Shown: piece by piece, positions 25,911 through 33,570 of the stretch
How positions within the stretch are numbered: the stretch's first letter is position 1
Layout: every line of letters begins with the position of its first letter
The notes under the pieces: model-generated
The model's database searches: none
Seen by the model: only the letters and a program-made list of their open reading frames with translations
Told to the model about the DNA's origin: nothing
Assembly (NCBI GenBank): GCA_963558405.1
Contig: CAUWGC010000019.1
Coordinates: 1-33,570 of the forward strand
Source: an uncultured Clostridia bacterium
Lineage (GTDB): Bacteria; Bacillota; Clostridia; TANB77; CAG-508
DNA length: 33,570 nt
Direction: 5' to 3'
Position numbers and translations under genes: made by a program

Positions 25911-26521
25911 TTATTTGGCTCACTTATATTTTCTTGCTCTTCAGATTCTTTTTCTTCTTTTATTTCTTGTCTTCTAAGAATAAAATCAACAATAATTTTT
26001 GCAACAATAATAGCCATAGGTACAATAATTAAAAAATAGAATGCATATAAGTTTCTAGTTATTTTATTAATAAAACTTAAAATAACTGACTTATAAATTA
26101 CTTTTCCATATATTTGGCTGTCATCAATCTCAGGATCTGCAGTATCGTTTGCAATACCTTTTGTTATAAATTTATATTTTTCGTTTTCTTGTCTTTTTTC
26201 TATAACTTGATGTGTAATAATAATATTGTTTAAATCTCCTTTTTTAGCTTTGTATGTGATGTCATCTCCAACATTAATTTCGCTTGCATCAATTTCCTTT
26301 GAAATTATAATATCTCCAATTTCATATTTAGGAATCATACTACCTGTAACTACACTAAAAATTCTCATTCCACCTATTGTTATATTATTATTAGAAAATC
26401 TTTGTATGCAAACAACAATTAGAATAGATAATACTAACAAAAAACATATTGTATATATAATATTTCCTATAATTTTAAAAACTTTATTATTAATTATTTT
26501 TTTTAACATAACTATTATCAA
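25883..26521 (-). CDS. SipW-type signal peptidase I (S26), Ser/His present
   Basis: VTGSMIPKYEIGDII, THQV, TKGIAN..D, YGKV; two TMs; TTG start overlapping the upstream TGA; ends just after an A10 run. Confidence 0.88.
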   Translation of the reverse strand: MIIVMLKKIINNKVFKIIGNIIYTICFLLVLSILIVVCIQRFSNNNITIGGMRIFSVVTGSMIPKYEIGDIIISKEIDASEINVGDDITYKAKKGDLNNIIITHQVIEKRQENEKYKFITKGIANDTADPEIDDSQIYGKVIYKSVILSFINKITRNLYAFYFLIIVPMAIIVAKIIVDFILRRQEIKEEKESEEQENISEPNKDIKKKEQY

Positions 26522-27633
26522 TCATTTATCCTTTCTAAATATTGATCTATGTGTTTACTAAAAATCATTTGTATTTCTTGCATTGTAGCCATTTTTTTGT
26601 ATTTTATCATTGAATACTTATTTCCAATCATTTCTTTTAATTGCTCTTCTGTTAATGAACTATCCAAATCCATAATTTTATCTAACATTTGATCTACAAT
26701 ATTTTCTTTTAATTTATTTGTTATTTCTTCATTTTCTGCTTGATCCTTATTTAGAGTATTTACAACTAAGTAATTAAGCAAAAAAGTTTCATCTGCTAAT
26801 TTTTTTAAATCTCCATTGTCTAAATAATCACTTTTTTCTGATATATTTTGAGTTTTATCATCAAAATTATCCTGTATGTAATTCCATAACTTTACAGCAT
26901 ATTGAAAATTTACATTTTTTAATACCACGTTTGTCTTTTTTATTGGAGGTCTTATTAAACTTATATGTTTTTTTTCTAATATTTTATATACTTCTGAGCT
27001 AGTTAAATCATTTATTTTTTGTTCTACCCTTATAATTCTTTCCAAAATATTATCTTCACTTTTATCTTTAGTATTATTAACTTTGGTTTTAATACTAAAA
27101 CTCATTTCTATATCTTCATCAGAGTAATTAGTTTTACCATTGTACTCTATTTGCTTATCATTTTTAAATTCACATTCTTCTATTGAATTTAAGTTTTTCT
27201 TTTTTTGATTTATAAAAGCTTTCATATTTTGAATTAAAGTATATATTAATTTATTTTCATATGTATCATAACTTTCTTCTTTGTTTATGTTTAATATTTT
27301 GGATGGTCTAACATCACCAGTTTTTTTATCAATATCTTGTATCAAATTTGTATTTTTAGAAAGGTGCTTTATGCTATCAACAGTGATTTTTCTTGCTAAT
27401 TCAATTTTTACAATATCTTCTTCATTAACTATAAACCTATTGGGATTTCTAAGAATATTATCTATGTATGGTATAGTTTCTTCAAACATTCTTATCCATT
27501 CGGTATCTTTTATTGTTTTTTCATAGTCTGTAACAACTCTAACAGATGAATTTGTATTATTTACAAACTCACTTTTTAATTTTTCTGAAGTCTTATCGTA
27601 CAATTCTATTATTTTAAAATCTTCCATAATCAT
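26518..27633 (-). CDS. DUF2357 / McrC N-terminal-like protein with no recognisable PD-(D/E)xK nuclease motif
   Basis: ILRNPNRFI, ARKI..DSIKHL, PSKILN, SYDTYENKLI signature; directly downstream of an McrB-like gene. Confidence 0.7.
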   Translation of the reverse strand: MIMEDFKIIELYDKTSEKLKSEFVNNTNSSVRVVTDYEKTIKDTEWIRMFEETIPYIDNILRNPNRFIVNEEDIVKIELARKITVDSIKHLSKNTNLIQDIDKKTGDVRPSKILNINKEESYDTYENKLIYTLIQNMKAFINQKKKNLNSIEECEFKNDKQIEYNGKTNYSDEDIEMSFSIKTKVNNTKDKSEDNILERIIRVEQKINDLTSSEVYKILEKKHISLIRPPIKKTNVVLKNVNFQYAVKLWNYIQDNFDDKTQNISEKSDYLDNGDLKKLADETFLLNYLVVNTLNKDQAENEEITNKLKENIVDQMLDKIMDLDSSLTEEQLKEMIGNKYSMIKYKKMATMQEIQMIFSKHIDQYLERIND

Positions 27634-27638
27634 CTTCC

Positions 27639-29165
27639 TTATGTTAATTTTTTAAGTCTTAATAGATATTCTTTGCATTCTTTCATTTTATCTTTTCCAA
27701 ATGTAGTATCTAAAAAATCTATATAAGGATCTATTTCATCCCTTATATATGATATATTTAATTGTTCAAATTTTCTTAATATTTTTTTTGCAATAAAGTA
27801 ATCAACTCCTGCTACTTCGTCTCCACCACATGCTACAAATACTGGCACAAATTTTTTCATATGAGAAACAATACGGTTACCAAATGCTATTCTAAAATGT
27901 CTTATTACATAGTCGTCCATTTGCTCTATTTTATTTAAAGTATCATCTGATATTGGATTTTCTTCCATTGCATTTGTAAATAGCTTGTCTATATAACTAT
28001 AATTAATATCCATTGCTTCCTTTTCTATTGGTTTAAATACTTTTCCCTTGTCATTAATATCTATTGGCATTGCTCTATCATATACTTTATCTGTTACCAT
28101 AAATGTAGAATCGTCATTATTTATTGTTCCTATATACCACATATTTGCAGGAATTTTTAATTTTCCGCCTTTTATATTTTTAGGATCGCTTTTCCAACTG
28201 TTTGGTACTAATTCAATAACCCATTCTTCTTTATTAGGCATTTCCAATATAGATAGCATTTCTGCAAAATAATACTCAACACGCGAAATATTCATCTCAT
28301 CTAAAATTACTGTATATATATCATCAGTATATCCTGCCATATACATTTCTTTTAATACATCTGTTTCGTTAAATTTTTTTGTAAATTCATTAAAATATCC
28401 AAAAAGTTCGGTTCTATCTCTCCATGATGGCTGAACTGAAGCAACGCAAGAATCGTGTTTTAAAAACTTTCCCCAAGCATATGCAAGAGATGTTTTACCA
28501 GTACCAGAAATACCTTGTAATATTACTAGTTTAGTTGATGCTAAAGCTGAAATAAATAATCTCATCATATCAATTGAATAATATAATTTTAATTTTGATG
28601 CTGCAAAGTTTCTAAAATTTTCACATAATTCAGGTAATGTAAAATTATTTTCATAATTTTTAATTTTGTATTCACTAAATTCCTCATCTATAGAATTTAA
28701 TTTTGCAAATCTTATTCCTGTATTACCATCTTCTTGAGTATCTTTTGTATCATTTAAGTCTTCCTCAGCGCTTTCACCTGGTTTTAATCCAAGTTGTGAG
28801 ACTTTCATTGCTAAAATCTCATCTTTTTCCTTCATTAAATTTGCTATTTTTCCATTTAAAGTAGCTACTTCTTCTAATAATTCGTCTTGTTCTATTGCTG
28901 TTTTTCTAAATCTTAGATACTTTCTTAATAACAAATATATAAGTGCTATAACTAATACAACAAGTACAATTAAACATGTTATAGCTATTATTACTAAAAT
29001 CCACTCTGGCATAGTTAAATCATTTTTGTAATTTTGTAATATTTCTTGATATCTATTTATATTAAATATTTGTACAATTCCATCCCCAATTCCCTTTAAA
29101 ATTGTATATATTCCTAAAAAAAATTGAGAAAGAAATTCATATAAAAATCTTGTAAATGTTTCCAT
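27639..29165 (-). CDS. Membrane-anchored McrB-like AAA+ NTPase
   Basis: N-terminal hydrophobic helices + coiled coil; Walker A GISGTGKTS, VQPSWRDRTELFGY, Walker B ILDEMNISRVEYYFA, McrB signature GTINNDDST, DKVYDRA. Confidence 0.88.
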   Translation of the reverse strand: METFTRFLYEFLSQFFLGIYTILKGIGDGIVQIFNINRYQEILQNYKNDLTMPEWILVIIAITCLIVLVVLVIALIYLLLRKYLRFRKTAIEQDELLEEVATLNGKIANLMKEKDEILAMKVSQLGLKPGESAEEDLNDTKDTQEDGNTGIRFAKLNSIDEEFSEYKIKNYENNFTLPELCENFRNFAASKLKLYYSIDMMRLFISALASTKLVILQGISGTGKTSLAYAWGKFLKHDSCVASVQPSWRDRTELFGYFNEFTKKFNETDVLKEMYMAGYTDDIYTVILDEMNISRVEYYFAEMLSILEMPNKEEWVIELVPNSWKSDPKNIKGGKLKIPANMWYIGTINNDDSTFMVTDKVYDRAMPIDINDKGKVFKPIEKEAMDINYSYIDKLFTNAMEENPISDDTLNKIEQMDDYVIRHFRIAFGNRIVSHMKKFVPVFVACGGDEVAGVDYFIAKKILRKFEQLNISYIRDEIDPYIDFLDTTFGKDKMKECKEYLLRLKKLT

Positions 29166-29177
29166 GTTTTACCTCAT

Positions 29178-30182
29178 TTATATTTCTATTATATTTTTAA
29201 GTATATTTTTGTTTTTTATTATTTCACTATAATTATCTAAATTTTTATTAATTAGTATATAACTGAACATATTAAGTTTTTCTAGATTTATATAATTTAC
29301 TTCAAATGAATTATCTAAAATAATAGCTATTTTAAACCCGCTTCTCATCAACTCATAAATTTGTTCTTTGTTTTCATCGTAATCTTTATACTTTAATTTT
29401 AAATTTATTTTATCTTGTACAGCCTGATGTTCTATAATGTTTAATATTCCTTTTATTTTTTTATTTTTTTCTAACAGTGTTTTGGCAAATTCCACAATAT
29501 ACTGTTTCTTAAAATCTTGTTTTAAAATATCTCTTATAATCTTTACTGTAATTAAATAATATTCTATATACAACTTGTCTTCATTTATTATTCCATTATT
29601 AAAAACCTTATTTATTGCTATTTCACTAAATATCATTGGAAATTTTATATGTTGTTCTAAATTTACTCTATATACATTTTTAATACCTCTATAATTTGAT
29701 ATTTTTAAATTAAATTCTTTTGATTCAAATTTATTAAGAAACTTATTTTTTTCTTCATTCCATTCATTTAATATGTTAAATAAATTTATTTTAAATTCTT
29801 CATCTTTTTTATTTAATACTTTTATTCTTAATTTGTATATATTTTCCACTTGATTTTTTATTTCTTGTTTTTTTATAACATCATCAAAATACATTATATA
29901 CAAAAAGAAAATTCCCATATTATTTATAATCTGTTTTTTTTCATTATAATTTTCTATAAGATAATCTGTTTTTGATTTAAGTGAGTATATTATTTTTTTT
30001 CTTAATGTTAGGTTTGAATCTAAATCTTCTTTAAAAAAATTATTATATCTAACATTTACATATGTATATAAATAACTGTCACATATTTCTTTATCATATT
30101 TGTATTCAAAAACTAATTTCATATATTTAGTTATATATTTTTTTGTTATTTCTATATATTTATTCATCAAATTAATCGTCAT
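29178..30182 (-). CDS. Hypothetical cytoplasmic protein with degenerate EAL-like C-terminal region
   Basis: KINLKL...IYELMRSGFKIAIILDNSF resembles EAL LxxxGxxIAIDDFG but lacks the ExL and DDFG motifs; RBS AAAGGAG. Confidence 0.6.
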   Translation of the reverse strand: MTINLMNKYIEITKKYITKYMKLVFEYKYDKEICDSYLYTYVNVRYNNFFKEDLDSNLTLRKKIIYSLKSKTDYLIENYNEKKQIINNMGIFFLYIMYFDDVIKKQEIKNQVENIYKLRIKVLNKKDEEFKINLFNILNEWNEEKNKFLNKFESKEFNLKISNYRGIKNVYRVNLEQHIKFPMIFSEIAINKVFNNGIINEDKLYIEYYLITVKIIRDILKQDFKKQYIVEFAKTLLEKNKKIKGILNIIEHQAVQDKINLKLKYKDYDENKEQIYELMRSGFKIAIILDNSFEVNYINLEKLNMFSYILINKNLDNYSEIIKNKNILKNIIEI

Positions 30183-30198
30183 TTATAATTTTGCTCCT

Positions 30199-31147
30199 TT
30201 ATGTTATATTTACTTCTATTATAGAAACTGTATTTTTATCTGGGTACGTATAATCTTTTGTTTTATCGTTTTTATAAAATCTAATATTTTTACTTGACAA
30301 AGCATCTATTCCAATTGTTATTTCATTCACATAATAATATCCGATTAATTCTTGTAGTTTTTTGATTAATAGCATTTATGTAATTTTTATCTGTCATATC
30401 TATTCTTACTTTTTTAGGATCAAACTTTAGAGTAATTTCTCCAGAATAACATTTTGCTTTATTTTCCTCAGATAAGTTTAAATAAACATTTACATCTATC
30501 CTTTGTCCCTTTTTGTATGATTCAAATGGTTCTTTTACAATATAATATGACTGTGTATTTGTTATATTTAACTCTAAATATGCTCGGTTTACTTTATCTT
30601 CAATTTCATACGTTATATTTTCTTTTCCAACAACTAATTTAAATTCAGCTCTTAATTCCTTAGTATATTCTCCATTAGATTTAGCTATAATTTCAATCCA
30701 CGCAATATCTCCGTTATTCATTACTGCATTTGGTGTTATTCTTAATGAAAAAGTATCAGAATTTGATTTTGCATCTATTATCCCACTTGTTTTACTTAAT
30801 TGACATATTACATTATTTGAACAATTGTATGTTATATCATATCCAATATCATAACTTGCACTTTTTAAATTATTTTTCAGACTATTCATATTTATAGTTA
30901 TATTATAATCTTCTACTCCAGACCAATTATTAATTTGATATATTTCACCATCTTCTTTTAATTTGTCACTATAAAAGTAAAATTCTTTACTTTCCATAAT
31001 AAAATTATTAAAACTTTTTGTTATATATCTTCCTAACACTGATAATATTGATATAAATATTACTGCTATTATAAAAACAACTGCTATTATTTTTAATTTT
31101 AATATGAAAATATTTTGTTTTTTATGCTTAATCCTATGGTTTATCAT
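30199..31147 (-). CDS. Pilin-type secreted protein with a +1 frameshift near 30343; about 315 aa if restored (track ORF 30323..31147)
   Basis: TM-VLG/RY signal; beta-rich body; +1 frame continues GYYYVNEITIGIDALSSKNIRFYK...IIEVNIT to TAA at 30199, which abuts the next RBS. Confidence 0.75.
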
Positions 31148-31162
31148 GCTATACCTCCGATA

Positions 31163-31744
31163 TTAGGATTCCTCTACAATCTGTTTTGCATCTATTTTTA
31201 TTTCTACCACTTCTAATATATCTTGATACTGGTTAGAATTATATGATTCTGGAAAGTATACTACAAGTGTATATGTATTAATACCTTGTACCGAATGTTT
31301 GAATATTTGTTTTTGTGTTTTTATTGTTCTAAAATATGTTCCATCTTTATCTTTTTCTATAATATCATCTGTTTCTATTGTACTTGCATTTTCATTTTGA
31401 TAGTCTTCATTTAAATATAATTTATAATCTAATGGCAAGTTTGTAGTAGTTTTTATATTTAAATCGTATTCAATATCTGTTTGTGCTATTTTATCTTCTT
31501 TTTCATTAGATACCGTAAATCTGTATACATATGGTTCTTTTCTTGGAACAATTTTGCCTAGATTTAAGGTCATTGATTGAAAATCTGTATTTAATACATA
31601 AAATGCTATATCTATATTAGCATTAGAACTAGAACTACTTTCGTATTTTGATAAAGTCAATGTATAAATTTGTACAACAATTATAAAACATAGGATTAAT
31701 ATTACAAATTTTATGTACAATCTTACATTTCTTTTATTTATCAC
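31163..31744 (-). CDS. TasA/CalY-like pilin-type protein with SipW-type signal peptide
   Basis: TM-TLS/KYES; IVP, YRFTVSN, TDIEYDL, terminal beta strand IDAKQ; RBS GGAGG. Confidence 0.75.
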   Translation of the reverse strand: MINKRNVRLYIKFVILILCFIIVVQIYTLTLSKYESSSSSNANIDIAFYVLNTDFQSMTLNLGKIVPRKEPYVYRFTVSNEKEDKIAQTDIEYDLNIKTTTNLPLDYKLYLNEDYQNENASTIETDDIIEKDKDGTYFRTIKTQKQIFKHSVQGINTYTLVVYFPESYNSNQYQDILEVVEIKIDAKQIVEES

Positions 31745-31746
31745 TA

Positions 31747-32253
31747 CTATCCTCCATTTTCTTTTGGTTTGTATATAATTGCAATTCCTATTAGTATCAT
31801 AGTAATAATTATTGGTATTAATACTGATGGAGATTTTAAAACCTTTTTTAGTATTTTTATGTTTTTAAATACTTTAACAACTTTTCCTACAACATATTCC
31901 TTACCAATAGGTTCATCATTTGTATTATTAGCATCGCCTTTTGTTATAATTTTATTATTTTCAATTTCTATTACCCTATGAGTTATATAAGATTCATATT
32001 TTTTATATACAATTATATCATTTGTTTTTATTTGTTTTGTAATTTTTACAATTATAATATCTCCAATATCTAAAGTTCCTGACATACTGCCTGTTGCAAC
32101 TTCAAAAAAAGTATATCCAAATACATTTACATACTTTTTGTCTAAGATTTTTATTTGTATATTATAATATATTGTAAATATTAATATTAAAATTGCTATA
32201 CCTACAAAAATATTTAGTATAAATTCTAATATCATATTTATAACTTTTTTCAT
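31747..32253 (-). CDS. SipW-type signal peptidase I (S26), intact dyad
   Basis: ATGSMSGTLDIGDII, ITHRV, TKGDANNTND, VVGKV; two TMs. Confidence 0.9.
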   Translation of the reverse strand: MKKVINMILEFILNIFVGIAILILIFTIYYNIQIKILDKKYVNVFGYTFFEVATGSMSGTLDIGDIIIVKITKQIKTNDIIVYKKYESYITHRVIEIENNKIITKGDANNTNDEPIGKEYVVGKVVKVFKNIKILKKVLKSPSVLIPIIITMILIGIAIIYKPKENGG

Positions 32254-32261
32254 TTTTACTC

Positions 32262-32885
32262 CTAGTTTCTTATTTCATTTGTTAATGGCTTTATTTCTTC
32301 TCCTAAATATTGGGTAACTTTTATATTTACTGGTATTGAGATTTTATTGTCTGGAATTGAACCCAATTGTGTATCTTCTACATTTGTAGTTTCATCTTCA
32401 TTCCATATAACAGTAATTGCAATATTATTTTTTATTCCCTTTTTTATTTCATCTAAATTTATAATTCCTGTATATACATTGTTATTGGTTAATATTAATT
32501 CGTTATTTGTTTCAATTTCTTTTATTGATGAAATTTTAATTTTTGTTTTTTCAAGTTCAGATAAGTCAAAAGAAATTTCATATTTTATTGAAACATCTGT
32601 ATTTTTAGGATCAATTACTATATTAAAATCACCAGATAAACCAGGTGCTAATTTTCCTTGTTCACTTTTATTACTTTGTCCTACATTTATATGGTCAATT
32701 ACAAAATCTTCATTAATTCCTGAAGAAATATTAGTATTATTTACATTTATTATCCATTTTGCATTTTCTACTTTTACATTACCAGAAACATTACTTTCAA
32801 AAATTGCATATGTATCCACCAATTTATATATAGTAAATATTAGCATTAATATTGAAATAAATACTATAAATAATTTTTTATTCAT
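32262..32885 (-). CDS. TasA/CalY-like pilin-type protein with SipW-type signal peptide
   Basis: TM-DTYA/IFES, AKWIINVN, LAPGLSG, TDVSIKY, VIW..DT.LG, VTQY. Confidence 0.8.
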   Translation of the reverse strand: MNKKLFIVFISILMLIFTIYKLVDTYAIFESNVSGNVKVENAKWIINVNNTNISSGINEDFVIDHINVGQSNKSEQGKLAPGLSGDFNIVIDPKNTDVSIKYEISFDLSELEKTKIKISSIKEIETNNELILTNNNVYTGIINLDEIKKGIKNNIAITVIWNEDETTNVEDTQLGSIPDNKISIPVNIKVTQYLGEEIKPLTNEIRN

Positions 32886-32888
32886 TTT

Positions 32889-33413
32889 TTATTCCTTTGT
32901 TTCGACTTTTTTATTTTCTTTTATTTCTGCAACAACAATATATATTTCATAAATGAACGCAATTAGCGATGGGAAAACTATTAAAAATAAAAATCCCCAC
33001 TTTGATTCTAATATACCTAGTATAGTTCCTATTTTACTTATTCTACTTGCACTATCTATTGGACCAATTAAATATTTGCTAGATATTTGGGTGTCTCCAT
33101 TAATTGTATAAATAGTATTTAAACTATTTGACTTTTCCATATTTGTAACTTCACCTAAAGTTATTTCCACTTTATTTAACTCTTTATTATAAAATAATAT
33201 TTTGTCACCTGTTTCTATTTTATCTTTTTTATTTAAAATAGCTATATCACCTTTTTTAAAATATGGTTCTACCTCATTGCTATCTATTATTATTAATGTA
33301 GAATTTCCAAATTCACTTACTTTGTAGTCATTATATGATAATAAACAAATGGTAACCAATACTGCTATAATTGCATATATTGCAAATACTACATTTCCAA
33401 TAATTCTTTTCAT
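32889..33413 (-). CDS. Degenerate SipW-like membrane protein (no catalytic Ser/His)
   Basis: Same architecture (TM, xxPxFKKGD, GD.I.F, IG, IGTIL..L.S..GF TM) but SNEVEP instead of GSMxP and no HR; RBS AAGGAGG. Confidence 0.7.
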   Translation of the reverse strand: MKRIIGNVVFAIYAIIAVLVTICLLSYNDYKVSEFGNSTLIIIDSNEVEPYFKKGDIAILNKKDKIETGDKILFYNKELNKVEITLGEVTNMEKSNSLNTIYTINGDTQISSKYLIGPIDSASRISKIGTILGILESKWGFLFLIVFPSLIAFIYEIYIVVAEIKENKKVETKE

Positions 33414-33450
33414 AATTAATCCTCCTTGAATTTTTCTTTTTTACACCAGA

Positions 33451-33479
33451 ACTATATCATAACAACTTTTCTTTTTCAA
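33451..33479 (-). promoter_or_regulatory. SigmaA-type promoter heading the first filament operon
   Basis: TTGAAA-17 nt-TATAGT with TG extension. Confidence 0.65.
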
Positions 33480-33570
33480 CTTTTTTTATACTTTTTCTTG
33501 ATTTTTTTTGTTATAATCTCGAGTTTGACAGTTTGAAAATAAAAAAATCTTGAAACTGATTGATATTAGC

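Noticed and set aside
542-32952. Numerous short antisense or nested ORFs in the track (e.g. 542..778, 7224..7589, 7914..8357, 15285..15740, 32347..32952)
   Set aside because: Shadows of well-supported genes; F/I/L/S-rich antisense composition, no RBS noticed
33489-33570. Possible divergent + strand promoter (TGnTATAAT at 33509-33517)
   Set aside because: No clear -35 and the target gene would lie outside the window

Overview
Very AT-rich Bacillota (Clostridia-like) chromosomal window; the taxon is inferred from gene content and AGGAGG ribosome-binding sites. The left third (1-11.3 kb) is housekeeping and accessory: a Ham1/RdgB-type NTP pyrophosphatase, a heterodimeric ABC exporter, an orphan with two RNAP alpha-CTD-like repeats, a YgjP/M48-type protein, rlmD, a DUF4097-like protein, a frameshifted TPM-domain lipoprotein with lemA, and tRNA-Leu(TAG). 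The right two thirds (11.3-33.4 kb) is one ~22 kb surface-filament-like locus. It has five SipW-type signal peptidase paralogues (two lacking catalytic residues), seven TasA/CalY-like pilin-type proteins, and a 2816-aa beta-helical adhesin with no visible wall anchor. Embedded in the same tightly packed operon are a membrane-anchored McrB-like AAA+ NTPase, a DUF2357/McrC-like partner with no visible nuclease motif, and a degenerate EAL-like protein. Two reading-frame anomalies lie in the locus: an A10 run whose slippage would fuse a SipW to a pilin that has no start codon, and a +1 shift near AAT-CGG-A that hides a pilin C-terminus. Family calls come from motif recognition only; no searches were run.
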